Positions 52,816 through 62,030 of a stretch of DNA of 64,000 nucleotides are shown here, in pieces (position 1 is the first letter of the stretch; each line of letters opens with the position of its first letter). The notes under the pieces are model-generated. The model made no database searches. It had not been told where the DNA came from and saw only the letters and a program-made list of their open reading frames with translations. The translations under genes were made by a program, and so were the position numbers. Source of the DNA: Desulfobacterales bacterium (lineage in GTDB: Bacteria > Desulfobacterota > Desulfobacteria > Desulfobacterales > UBA5616); the NCBI GenBank assembly GCA_046483495.1, contig JAWODC010000036.1, forward strand, positions 32,001 through 96,000, read 5' to 3'.

Positions 52816-54180
52816 TCACCAATCGAATCCGGCTTCTTTTCTTACGGCTTTGTAATGGTCCATGGTTTCTTCAAAAGCTTCCGCCTTTCGCAAAGCGTCT
52901 TCCGGATCAAATAGGCGGGTATCCACGATATCTCCCTCGATGGAAATACCGGGCACCTTAAAGTGGCTCATCATACCGCGCTCCATGAGGTTCAGGCTGG
53001 CGGTTGCCGTCCGGCAGGTCAGCAGGGGGTGGAGAAACCCGCCGTCGATTCGGAAATCCTGTATAGGCTTTAGGGACAGCCTGGGGGCGGCATCCGTCGT
53101 CCTCATTTCTTCTTTTATTTTTTCGGCCTCGTCCGGCCCGAAATTGACATCGATCAGATGATCCATTCCCTGGTGCCGATAACGGACCAGCCGCTCCACC
53201 GGATCGTCAACTCCGGTGAGATCGATCGGCCTTGGCGGGTGGTAGGCCACCTCGGTAACGAAGTTCCATCCTCTTTCCGCCAATGTATCGAAAAACTTCA
53301 GGGCATGCCACGGCGGGAGGCCTACAAAAATCATCCTGTATTTTTCATCCGTATTGATCGCGCTGATGCCGTGGTCTACCCGGTATTTGACTTCTTCGAG
53401 CATGTCTTTGTAGAGCATGGTGACGCCTTTTGGATCCGTGGTTCGAAAGAGGGAAGCCGACATGCTGCTCCAGAAATCCCTCGCGTGCATCGGACCGGGA
53501 CGTGCCATGCGCAGTTCGTTGATTTCATACCACACGGCGTCCATGGCCATGGTGTTGTCGATGTCTTCCCGAAGCTTTGCCCAATCCATTTTTCTGCCGG
53601 TTAAGCGCTCTAAAAAGGCGGCAAATGCCTTGAGTTCTTTGACTAAAAATCGGATGCTGCGCTCGTGGGCTCCCTCCATGAGATTTTCCTTGCCGTAGGC
53701 GGTGGGGAATTCAATCACCCAGAGCGGAACTTCCATATATTTGCTCAAGGCCTGAAACCATTTGAACCGGGCATCACAGCCCATACCCGAACCCACCAGC
53801 AGAATGGGTTTGGGCATCCCCCCCTGCGGCAGCCCCGGGGGAATTTCCCAGTCAAGCTCGGTCATCCGGGCCACATACCCGAGACAATTCTGGGCATATC
53901 CGCACAAATGCGTGGGAAACCCTTCGGCCTCCGAGCGCTCAAGAAACTTTTCGGCTGCACCCGTGGCCGCGCATACGGTGCCATAATTCTCCGGATAAAC
54001 GCTGTCGATGCCGATGGCGTTCAGAAAAGGGCTGGCGTATGACTCCTGCATGCACCAGGCCACGAGCCGCCCCTCTTTTTGGGCTTCCTGCGCCGCCTGA
54101 TAGTTCTTGTCCATCAGAGCGCGCAGCGGATACATGGATTTAAGGCGATTGATCGGCCGTTTTTTTTCTCCGGTAGACAT
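52816..54180 (-). CDS. 2-hydroxyacyl-CoA dehydratase family subunit (HgdA/BcrB-like)
   Basis: YPENYG, GFPTHLCGY, GCD..KWF, TCR and EGDIVD motifs. Confidence 0.88.
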   Translation of the reverse strand: MSTGEKKRPINRLKSMYPLRALMDKNYQAAQEAQKEGRLVAWCMQESYASPFLNAIGIDSVYPENYGTVCAATGAAEKFLERSEAEGFPTHLCGYAQNCLGYVARMTELDWEIPPGLPQGGMPKPILLVGSGMGCDARFKWFQALSKYMEVPLWVIEFPTAYGKENLMEGAHERSIRFLVKELKAFAAFLERLTGRKMDWAKLREDIDNTMAMDAVWYEINELRMARPGPMHARDFWSSMSASLFRTTDPKGVTMLYKDMLEEVKYRVDHGISAINTDEKYRMIFVGLPPWHALKFFDTLAERGWNFVTEVAYHPPRPIDLTGVDDPVERLVRYRHQGMDHLIDVNFGPDEAEKIKEEMRTTDAAPRLSLKPIQDFRIDGGFLHPLLTCRTATASLNLMERGMMSHFKVPGISIEGDIVDTRLFDPEDALRKAEAFEETMDHYKAVRKEAGFDW

Positions 54181-54512
54181 AACCTGATCCTTTCTGATAA
54201 TAAATCAACATTCGGGGTTCACAAAAATGCATTTCGGACCATTCGCCGGCATCTTTTCAATCAGCCGACGCAGCCGAATGGATCAAACCGCTCCGCTCTT
54301 GCATAGCAAAGCCGAAAGTCGAGCACATCATTCATCCCTTGTGAAAATGGCCCTGAAAAACGGAGTTCCTATTCGAAAAAGATCGTCAAATAAATCGTAA
54401 TGTAAAGAAGTACTGTTGAGAGAGGGCCGCCTTGATCGTGATCATTCAATGAAATGCCGTGGTCTTGGTATATCAAAAATTGCCGAAATTTAAAACTCTA
54501 TAGGAGAATTCA

Positions 54513-55784
54513 GTGAAGAGCATACCCCATTCGGGAATACCGAATCCTTCCCGCTACCCCCATGAAGTCGTTAAAGAACAGCTGCCCGGGGGTATCGAGC
54601 TTAGCAATTTCTTTTTTCGGTACGGCGCCAACATATATGTGTTTACCTATGAAAAATTCGGACGCACCCTGCATACCTTCATCGATGCCGGCTATGCGGA
54701 CCACCAACGGTCGATCTTCAGGATTCTCGAAAGCAACGGCATTCGTCTATCCAATATCGAAAATATCATCATTACGCATCGACACCCCGACCATTGCGGC
54801 CTTGCCGCCGCACTGGCTGAAAAATCCGGAAGCGCGATACTGGCCCACGCCAATTTCAAACGATTCGTCGACGGCGATATCAGCCCGATGGAACGCAAGT
54901 GGATGGGAAAATTCGATCCCACACCACTGGCAAAATGCAACATGGTTTATCTTGAACCCGGCAACGGAAACGGTGTCGCCGAGATCGGCGGTTTGGCATT
55001 TCCCCGCATGGGTCCCGGCATTGACATCGGTGGGGCGTGCAGACTCGAAATCATCACCTGTCCGGAAAGTACGCCTACGCACAGTCCGGACCAGCTGCTG
55101 ATCCTTTATTCGCCGCAGCGGTTTCCGTATTGCAGTACAGGAGTGAATGCCGCGTTTAAGCCCACGGATGACATCATTTTTTCCGGCGATCTCTGGTTGA
55201 TGCAGGGGCCGATATTCGAAAAAAGCCTCAGAAGCCTTCGGTTTAAAATCAAGTTCTTTTTTCTCCAATGGTCTGCGTTTATTTTCGGCCGCGGCACCGT
55301 TCGCCGCCTGCCGCGCGAACAGGATGCAGCAGCAAAGGATGCCGTAAAAAGGGGATTTGGTCTTATCCGGGTAAAGCCCGGTCACGGCAGGGAGTTTCTG
55401 GGAAGCAGCCTCATTCCCAATACCCTGTTGGCAGACCGGGATTTGCTCGTTCATTTAGGGTTCGCGATGGATGCGGATAAATCCATCCTGGAATCCAAGC
55501 ACCTGCTGCCCAGGATCGACTCGCTTCTGGAGAACGCGTATACATATTTTGTCGCCACCCTGAGGCAATGGATAGCCACTGGCTACTGCCTAAGTGAAAT
55601 ACGCGACCTCCTCGTTCGAATCTATAAAGAGCAGAGCGGCGGCGGCAAGCTGGTGGAGCAGGACCGCGCCGAAAGAAGGGTAAGGCTTGCCCGGATGCTG
55701 CAAAGACTGGCATCGGAAAGCATCGAGACCGATGATCTCAACTGGATTGCAGAAGCCGCGTTGGCTCGGGTCAGCCGCACCTAA
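54513..55784 (+). CDS. MBL-fold metallo-hydrolase, function unknown
   Basis: FIDAG, THRHPDH, FSGD and PGHG motifs; AGGAG RBS before a GTG start. Confidence 0.8.
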   Translation: MKSIPHSGIPNPSRYPHEVVKEQLPGGIELSNFFFRYGANIYVFTYEKFGRTLHTFIDAGYADHQRSIFRILESNGIRLSNIENIIITHRHPDHCGLAAALAEKSGSAILAHANFKRFVDGDISPMERKWMGKFDPTPLAKCNMVYLEPGNGNGVAEIGGLAFPRMGPGIDIGGACRLEIITCPESTPTHSPDQLLILYSPQRFPYCSTGVNAAFKPTDDIIFSGDLWLMQGPIFEKSLRSLRFKIKFFFLQWSAFIFGRGTVRRLPREQDAAAKDAVKRGFGLIRVKPGHGREFLGSSLIPNTLLADRDLLVHLGFAMDADKSILESKHLLPRIDSLLENAYTYFVATLRQWIATGYCLSEIRDLLVRIYKEQSGGGKLVEQDRAERRVRLARMLQRLASESIETDDLNWIAEAALARVSRT

Positions 55785-55828
55785 CCTTCGGCCGGGGGCC
55801 CGAAAAACGTCTAACCGTGGTCAAAAAC

Positions 55829-55857
55829 AGAGGGGCCCTGCGGATGCAGAACCCCTC
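55829..55857. terminator. Hairpin between convergent genes
   Basis: gagggg-ccctgc-ggat-gcag-aa-cccctc stem-loop. Confidence 0.5.
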
Positions 55858-55875
55858 GACATACCGAGAAATGTC

Positions 55876-56286
55876 TCAGGCCAGTTGCTTGCCGGCGCCC
55901 GGCCCCGGTGAAACGCCGTAAATAGCATCGATTTTAAAAATCAGAGCCCCTTTCGATTTCAGCGGAAAACCGATCTTGTTTCCCCGCTCTTCGATCCATT
56001 TCGCCGTGTCCTCGTATCGCGGTCCCGAAGTTTCGATGGTTACGGTACCCTTGAGTTGATACCCTTCCTGCCCTTCCCAGAAGGTAACCGCGGCCTTAGG
56101 GTTGGACTTCAAATTGGCCGCGGTTTTGTTTAAAAACTGATCGGAAATCAGAATGGTCTCGTCATCCAGTATGCGCTTGGCGCCTACCGGCACCCCGTTG
56201 GGTGTTCCATCCTCGGTGGCCGTAATCAGAGTAACTGCAGGTACTTTGTCAAACAGTTCTTTCATGCGATCCGTCATCTTTGCCAT
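55876..56286 (-). CDS. Pyridoxamine 5'-phosphate oxidase-like FMN-binding protein
   Basis: ATEDGTPN, KTAANLKSNP, GYQLKG and PGPGAGK motifs; AGGAGG RBS. Confidence 0.85.
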   Translation of the reverse strand: MAKMTDRMKELFDKVPAVTLITATEDGTPNGVPVGAKRILDDETILISDQFLNKTAANLKSNPKAAVTFWEGQEGYQLKGTVTIETSGPRYEDTAKWIEERGNKIGFPLKSKGALIFKIDAIYGVSPGPGAGKQLA

Positions 56287-56383
56287 GCGATCAATCCTCC
56301 TTTCAACTTCAACTAATCAACACGTATTTTGGGTCCAACATCTCTTTCCCAAGCGCCAAACCCGCGAAAACGACTTTTCAATA

Positions 56384-56438
56384 CCCATCACCTCTTACCA
56401 TAACCTATCACCTATTACCCAACAACCATTACCCATAA
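56384..56438 (+). repeat. Degenerate heptamer tandem repeat (~8 units, CCYATHA-like)
   Basis: cccatca cctctta ccataa cctatca cctatta cccaaca accatta cccataa. Confidence 0.7.
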
Positions 56439-56449
56439 CCCGATTTTTT

Positions 56450-56497
56450 AAACGCCGCTCCGGGCCAAAAGATGCCGCTTCCGAATCACATCGTCCC
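56450..56497 (+). repeat. Right-arm fragment of subfamily B repeat abutting the full copy
   Basis: aaacgccgctccgggccaaaagatgccgcttccg (56450-56483) is identical to 56600-56633. Confidence 0.85.
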
Positions 56498-56642
56498 GTG
56501 GCCGTCCGGAAGCGGTAGGTTTTGGTCCGGAGCAAGGCATGAGCCCTTTTTGGAACCGCAGGAATAGTTTAAACTATTTCGAGGATTCCAAAAAGGCGAA
56601 AACGCCGCTCCGGGCCAAAAGATGCCGCTTCCGGACGGCCAC
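56498..56642 (+). repeat. 145-bp palindromic dispersed repeat, subfamily B
   Basis: Perfect 18-bp terminal inverted repeat gtggccgtccggaagcgg / ccgcttccggacggccac; same central and bulge motifs as subfamily A. Confidence 0.92.
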
Positions 56643-57733
56643 TACGCGTAGGGGGCTATGTCTACGCCCCTCATCCAAGCCCGCTCCCGATACCACGATA
56701 TCTCATCATCCGGAGGCGTTTGGATATCCTTTTCGTCCTTACGAACCAAACGAATTGCCTCTACCGGACAAGTCGTTATGCAAAGTCCGCAGCCGATGCA
56801 TTTCTCCGGAATCACCGAATAGGCTTCATCGCCTTCTTCGATGGCGTTGATCTGACAGCGCTCATCGGCACAGGTGCCGCAGGCTGTACACAGGTCGGAG
56901 TCGATTGCGGCATAATAATCCGAATTGACCACAGTCCACGCGGGAATTCCCAGTTTGTTGATGCTGCTTAAAACACCGCAGCAGCAGCCACAGCAGTTGC
57001 ATATGAAGAAATGGCCGTTTTTAAAATTGCTGGTCAAGTGTACCAGCCCTAATTCTTCGGTCTTCTTCAGTAAGGCTCGGGCTTCCTCCCTGGAAACAGC
57101 ACGGCCGGTTGGATGGTTGTCAAACATTTTGGGAATTGGCGCCATTGCCATGCATACTTCCAGAGGCCTTGTGCATGGCTTGCCAAGAATGCCCTGCTCT
57201 TTTTTGCAGATGCATTCCATCACCATGAATGATTCATTGCTCTCCAACAGCTTGGTGATTTTTTGATACGGCAAGGCCTCCTGGAGCATCGAAAGCTCTT
57301 CTTCAATGGGAAGCGTTTGCATCATCTGGGGCGGATTTCCGAAAAACTGCTTGCCGTAGACCGGGGCGAACTCTTCGTTCAGCTCCGCGAATTCCCTGTC
57401 CAGCCGGTTCAGTTGGAGTTCATAGAGGCCGAAAGCCCACGGCACCATTTTAAACAGCCGGGTGCCGCCCAGGGCTACCGACATGACCTGTCCCCGCTCT
57501 CTCATACGGATAAGCTTTTCCTCCAGCGTTTCCAGCGGACGGCCGGTCCGCTCGGAAATCTCTTGCGCGGTTTCAAATGTCAGCTTTAGATCACAAAACA
57601 GGTCCGCTTCGTCGGGATCGAAAATCTTTTTCAGCAGTTTCATTTCGGCGCCGTTTTCCGTTGACGGGAAACCGTTGGGAAGCGTGTCTAAAACACGAGC
57701 CAATTTGCGATAAACATCCTCATTCATTTTCAT
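56642..57733 (-). CDS. Cys-rich Fe-S protein with C-terminal 4Fe-4S dicluster (paralog of 23976)
   Basis: CICK, CNCCGCCC, CTACGTC..RC and CIGCGLCITTCP motifs; GGAGG RBS. Confidence 0.88.
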   Translation of the reverse strand: MKMNEDVYRKLARVLDTLPNGFPSTENGAEMKLLKKIFDPDEADLFCDLKLTFETAQEISERTGRPLETLEEKLIRMRERGQVMSVALGGTRLFKMVPWAFGLYELQLNRLDREFAELNEEFAPVYGKQFFGNPPQMMQTLPIEEELSMLQEALPYQKITKLLESNESFMVMECICKKEQGILGKPCTRPLEVCMAMAPIPKMFDNHPTGRAVSREEARALLKKTEELGLVHLTSNFKNGHFFICNCCGCCCGVLSSINKLGIPAWTVVNSDYYAAIDSDLCTACGTCADERCQINAIEEGDEAYSVIPEKCIGCGLCITTCPVEAIRLVRKDEKDIQTPPDDEISWYRERAWMRGVDIAPYA

Positions 57734-57786
57734 TTACCTCCTGCAATATGGGATGGACTGCAGTCACCCGAAAAAGGGGCGCGCTA

Positions 57787-58590
57787 TTATGAGGTTGCAT
57801 GCCGAAGCGCAAGTTTTTCGAACATTCGGACCAGTCCGGCCACCAACGTGTAGATGTGTTCGATAGCCATATTCTTGTCGGCGGTTGAATCGAAAAAAAG
57901 CTTCAGATCAGACTCGAGACCTTCTTCAGGTTTCCAGTAGCAAATCAGAATCGGAATTTTCGGCAGGGGATGCAGAACCAGGGAAATGTCGCTTTCATAG
58001 TGATCTTCCACCTTCCGGCCGTTGAAGATATGGATCAGGTCCTCAAAAAACTCCGTATACGAATCGGCAATTTTTTTCATGGGCTTTTCGCACCGCTGCA
58101 AAAATAGCCCCTGCCGGGGTTGTCCTCCGACAAGCTCCCGGAATGACACCCAATTTCCGGAAACCGGAATCCCCTCGCAAGTCAGTATGTAGTTTAAAAT
58201 CGGCATTACCACCCAGGGATTAATGTGGATATCCGAGGCCATATTTCCCTGCCGGTCAACGTGAAAATCCTTGCCGAAAACTTTAATCGTGAGCCGTCCG
58301 TTCGAAAAGGTTCCGCCGATACGTTTTGCCGCTGCCGCCAAATCCAGAGCGGCGACTTTTTCCTTCAGACGTGACAGAACTGCTTCACCGTCCTCCTCCG
58401 CCGGTTTGGCAGGCTCAGCCGAAGCGCAGCGGGCAATGATTTCCGGATCGATATAGGGGCACTCGTCCAATCGCCGTTTGCCGGCAAACACCGCCGCTGC
58501 AAAGGCCATGCATGTTTTTTCCCCGCACTGCCGGCAGTTGGATTTATTGAGAAGCTTCAGGATGTCAACCGGGCTTTTTAAATCAGTCAT
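57787..58590 (-). CDS. DUF3786-like protein with N-terminal putative Fe-S domain
   Basis: NCRQCGEKTCMAFA..CP N-terminus; WVSFREL.GG and LPKIP..LFFD C-terminal region. Confidence 0.8.
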   Translation of the reverse strand: MTDLKSPVDILKLLNKSNCRQCGEKTCMAFAAAVFAGKRRLDECPYIDPEIIARCASAEPAKPAEEDGEAVLSRLKEKVAALDLAAAAKRIGGTFSNGRLTIKVFGKDFHVDRQGNMASDIHINPWVVMPILNYILTCEGIPVSGNWVSFRELVGGQPRQGLFLQRCEKPMKKIADSYTEFFEDLIHIFNGRKVEDHYESDISLVLHPLPKIPILICYWKPEEGLESDLKLFFDSTADKNMAIEHIYTLVAGLVRMFEKLALRHATS

Positions 58591-58608
58591 GCTGTATACT
58601 CCTGCTCC

Positions 58609-59868
58609 CTACGTCCCGATAGTCCAGGAAGAGAGGTACTTTTTCTGTTCCGGCGTCAGTTTGTCGATGGATATCGACATGGCTTTTAATTTTTCCGTTG
58701 CGATCATTTTATCGATGTGCTCGGGAACGCCATACACCCGGTTTTCCAGCTTTTGTTTGCTTTTGACCATATATTCGATGCTCAGCGCCTGGTTGGCGAA
58801 GCTCATATCCATGACGCTCGAGGGGTGGCCCTCGGCCGCCGCGAGATTGATCAGCCGCCCCTCTCCAAGAACATTGATGCGCCTCCCGTTTTCAAGGGTG
58901 TGTTCGACGACGAAGGCTCTGATTTCCCTCTTCCGCTTTGTGATGCTGTTTAAGCCATCGAGATCGAGTTCCACATTGAAGTGCCCGGAGTTGCACACGA
59001 TCGCACCGTCTTTCATCACCGCAAAATGAGACTTTCGAATGACATTGAGGTTTCCGGTGACCGTGCAGAAGAAGTTTCCGATTTTTGCCGCATCTTTTAT
59101 GGGCATCACCGTGAATCCATCCATTACGGCTTCGAGTCCGGCGGTGGGATCCACTTCGGTGACGATGACAGCGGCTCCCATTCCCCTGGCCCTCATGGCC
59201 AGCCCCTTGCCGCACCATCCATAGCCGCACACGACAAATTTGGAACCGGCGATCAGCCGGTTGGTGGCGCGTATGATACCGTCGATGGTGCTCTGACCGG
59301 TTCCATATCGGTTATCGAAAAAATGTTTGGTGTGAGCGTCATTCACGGCGATAATCGGATATTTAAGGATCCCGTCGGCCGCCATGCTTTTCAGGCGGAT
59401 AATGCCGGTGGTGGTCTCTTCGGTGCCTCCCTTGACGGATTCGATCAGCTCGGATCTCTCCGAATGCAGCGTGGAAACGAGATCGGCGCCGTCATCCATC
59501 GTATAGTGGGGTTTTTTATCCAGAACGGCGTTTATGTGCTGATAATACGTTTTATTGTCTTCACCTTTTATGGCGAAAACCGGAATTTTGTCCGACTTGA
59601 CCAACGAGGCGGCCACATCATCCTGGGTGCTTAATGGATTCGATGCGCAGAGAAAAACCGACGCCCCTGCCGATTTAAGAGTTTGCATCAGGGATGCCGT
59701 TTCCGTGGTAACGTGAAGGCATGCGGCGATGCGAACCCCGCTCAATGGTTTTTCCTTTTTAAAACGATCCATGATGCGATTTAAAACCGGCATGTTCTGG
59801 TTTGCCCACTGGATGCGCCGGGCGCCTTCGCCTGCCAGCTCGATATCCTTGATGTGGTAATCCATCAT
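58609..59868 (-). CDS. ahcY: Adenosylhomocysteinase
   Basis: [40 protein letters not shown] and AAAEGHP motifs; start MMDYHIKD after GGGAG. Confidence 0.97.
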   Translation of the reverse strand: MMDYHIKDIELAGEGARRIQWANQNMPVLNRIMDRFKKEKPLSGVRIAACLHVTTETASLMQTLKSAGASVFLCASNPLSTQDDVAASLVKSDKIPVFAIKGEDNKTYYQHINAVLDKKPHYTMDDGADLVSTLHSERSELIESVKGGTEETTTGIIRLKSMAADGILKYPIIAVNDAHTKHFFDNRYGTGQSTIDGIIRATNRLIAGSKFVVCGYGWCGKGLAMRARGMGAAVIVTEVDPTAGLEAVMDGFTVMPIKDAAKIGNFFCTVTGNLNVIRKSHFAVMKDGAIVCNSGHFNVELDLDGLNSITKRKREIRAFVVEHTLENGRRINVLGEGRLINLAAAEGHPSSVMDMSFANQALSIEYMVKSKQKLENRVYGVPEHIDKMIATEKLKAMSISIDKLTPEQKKYLSSWTIGT

Positions 59869-59884
59869 AATGCTCCCTTGCTGA

Positions 59885-61054
59885 TTATATCCCCGCTTTT
59901 TCCCTGATCGTATCGGCCATATTCGTCTTTTCCCAAGTGAAATCCGGGCTTTTTCGTCCAAAATGACCATAGGCCGCTGTGGCCTTATAAATCGGCCTTA
60001 ATAAATCGAGATATTCGATTATGGCAGCGGGCCTGAGATCGAATACATCCGATATAATTTCCCGGATGCGTTTTGAAGGAATTTTACCGGTGTCCATGGT
60101 GTCCACGAGAATGGAGACCGGTTCGGCAACACCTATGGCATAGGCCAACTGTATTTCGCACTTTTTCGCCACACCCGAGGCAACCACGTTTTTAGCCACA
60201 TGGCGCGCCATGTAAGATGCGCTCCGGTCCACTTTGGAGGGGTCCTTTCCCGAAAAGCACCCTCCCCCGTGACTCCCCTGGCCGCCGTACGTGTCAACGA
60301 TGATTTTTCTTCCGGTGAGTCCGCAGTCTCCCATCGGTCCCCCAACAACGAATCGGCCGGTCGGATTGATGTAAAAGCGGGTTTCCTCGTCAATCATTTC
60401 ATTCGGAATAATCCGTTTGATGACGCTCTTTATGACAGCTTCCCTGAGGTCTTCGTATTCCACATCCGGTTTATGCTGTGCCGAAATGACGACCGCATCG
60501 ATCCGCTTCGGTGTGCCGTTTTCATATTCCACGGTCACCTGACTCTTGCCGTCCGGCCTTAAAAAATCCAGCGATCCGTTTTTGCGCACTTCCGCCAGTC
60601 GCTTGCACAGTTTGTGGGCATATATGATGGGCATGGGCATGAGTTCGGGTGTTTCATCACAGGCAAAACCGAACATCAGCCCTTGGTCGCCGGCGCCCTG
60701 CTCCAGGAACAGCCCTTCACCCACATTGACCCCCTGAGCGATATCCGGAGATTGATGATCGATGCTGGTTACAACCGAACAGGTCTGCCAATCGAATCCC
60801 ATCTGCGAAGACCGGTAGCCGATATCCCGGATGGTATTCCTGACGATCATGGGCATATCGACGTAACATTCGGTCGTAATTTCACCGGCGATAAAAGCAA
60901 GTCCTGTCGTTACGAGCGTTTCGCAAGCGACGCGGCAATTCGGATCCTGAGCGATAATGGCGTCTAAAATGGCATCTGAAATGGCATCCGCCACCTTGTC
61001 GGGATGGCCCTCCGTAACCGATTCGGAAGTGAAAAAGAATTGATCGTTCGTCAT
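59885..61054 (-). CDS. metK: S-adenosylmethionine synthetase
   Basis: [33 protein letters not shown] and [11 protein letters not shown] motifs. Confidence 0.98.
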   Translation of the reverse strand: MTNDQFFFTSESVTEGHPDKVADAISDAILDAIIAQDPNCRVACETLVTTGLAFIAGEITTECYVDMPMIVRNTIRDIGYRSSQMGFDWQTCSVVTSIDHQSPDIAQGVNVGEGLFLEQGAGDQGLMFGFACDETPELMPMPIIYAHKLCKRLAEVRKNGSLDFLRPDGKSQVTVEYENGTPKRIDAVVISAQHKPDVEYEDLREAVIKSVIKRIIPNEMIDEETRFYINPTGRFVVGGPMGDCGLTGRKIIVDTYGGQGSHGGGCFSGKDPSKVDRSASYMARHVAKNVVASGVAKKCEIQLAYAIGVAEPVSILVDTMDTGKIPSKRIREIISDVFDLRPAAIIEYLDLLRPIYKATAAYGHFGRKSPDFTWEKTNMADTIREKAGI

Positions 61055-61080
61055 ACAATGTCTCCTTTATATTAGCGGGT

Positions 61081-61926
61081 CTATGGGACCAGTATTTTAT
61101 TGTCGATCAACCGGGTCTTGCCGACCATGACGGCAAGCGCCATCAGCACGGGACGGGTTATGACGGGTACGTCTTCCAGCGTATCCGGATCACAGATCGT
61201 TATATAATCGATCCGAGTATCCGGATAGGAGGTAATCCGGTCTGCTGCTTCCGATATGATTTCGTCTGCTTGCATACAGCCCTTTTTTAAGGCGTTTTCC
61301 GCATTTTGCAGCGAGTGGTACAGCGATAAAGCCGCAGGTCGCTGCTCATCCGAGAGATAGGCGTTGCGGCTGCTCATGGCGAGTCCGTCCGGCTCTCTGA
61401 CGGTTGGTACTCCGACGATTCGAATATCGAAATTCAAATCCCCGACCATCCGGCGGATAACGGCGAGTTGCTGATAGTCTTTTTGTCCAAAAAACGCGAT
61501 GTGCGGTTTGATGATGTTAAACAACTTGGATACCACTGTAGCCACGCCCCTGAAAAAGCCCGGCCTGGAAAGACCGCACAAATGTTCAGGAAGCTTTTCC
61601 AGATTGATGTAGGTTTGAAAATCAGGACCGTACAACTCCGCTGCTTTGGGATGAAAAACCGTGTTCACACTTTCTTTCCGGGCGAGTTCGATATCCCGCT
61701 CGAGATTTCGCGGATAGGTCTCGAAATCTTCGTTGGGCCCGAACTGGGTGGGATTGACAAAAATGCTCAACACCAGTTCATCACATTGTTTTCGGGCCTC
61801 TCGGAGCAGCATGAGATGTCCTTCGTGTAGAAATCCCATTGTGGGGACAAATCCGATAATCGAACCTTTTGCCCTCACGGCATCGGCATGGCATTGAAAT
61901 TCTTTGGCGGTGGTGATGATATCTAT
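61081..61926 (-). CDS. panC: Pantoate--beta-alanine ligase; probable ATA start
   Basis: FVPTMGFLHEGH, SIFVNPTQF, FGQKDYQQ, GLAMSSRN and TRLIDN motifs; a PanC-like N-terminus extends in frame to ATA 61926. Confidence 0.93.
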   Translation of the reverse strand: MDIITTAKEFQCHADAVRAKGSIIGFVPTMGFLHEGHLMLLREARKQCDELVLSIFVNPTQFGPNEDFETYPRNLERDIELARKESVNTVFHPKAAELYGPDFQTYINLEKLPEHLCGLSRPGFFRGVATVVSKLFNIIKPHIAFFGQKDYQQLAVIRRMVGDLNFDIRIVGVPTVREPDGLAMSSRNAYLSDEQRPAALSLYHSLQNAENALKKGCMQADEIISEAADRITSYPDTRIDYITICDPDTLEDVPVITRPVLMALAVMVGKTRLIDNKILVP

Positions 61927-62030
61927 GGCCCAACCCTCTTTCTGATAGGTGTTTAAATTTATTATTCTTATACTGAAGTTTTCGACGCGTCAAGCAAGAA
62001 AAAAAGAGAAATTCGGCGGCTCATCCGGTA

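Noticed and set aside
59869..59970. ahcY extension overlapping metK
   Set aside because: No homology in the extension; the RBS precedes 59868.
61055..62030. SAM riboswitch upstream of metK/ahcY
   Set aside because: Only 26 bp separate panC and metK, and I saw no SAM-I-like core in the panC leader.
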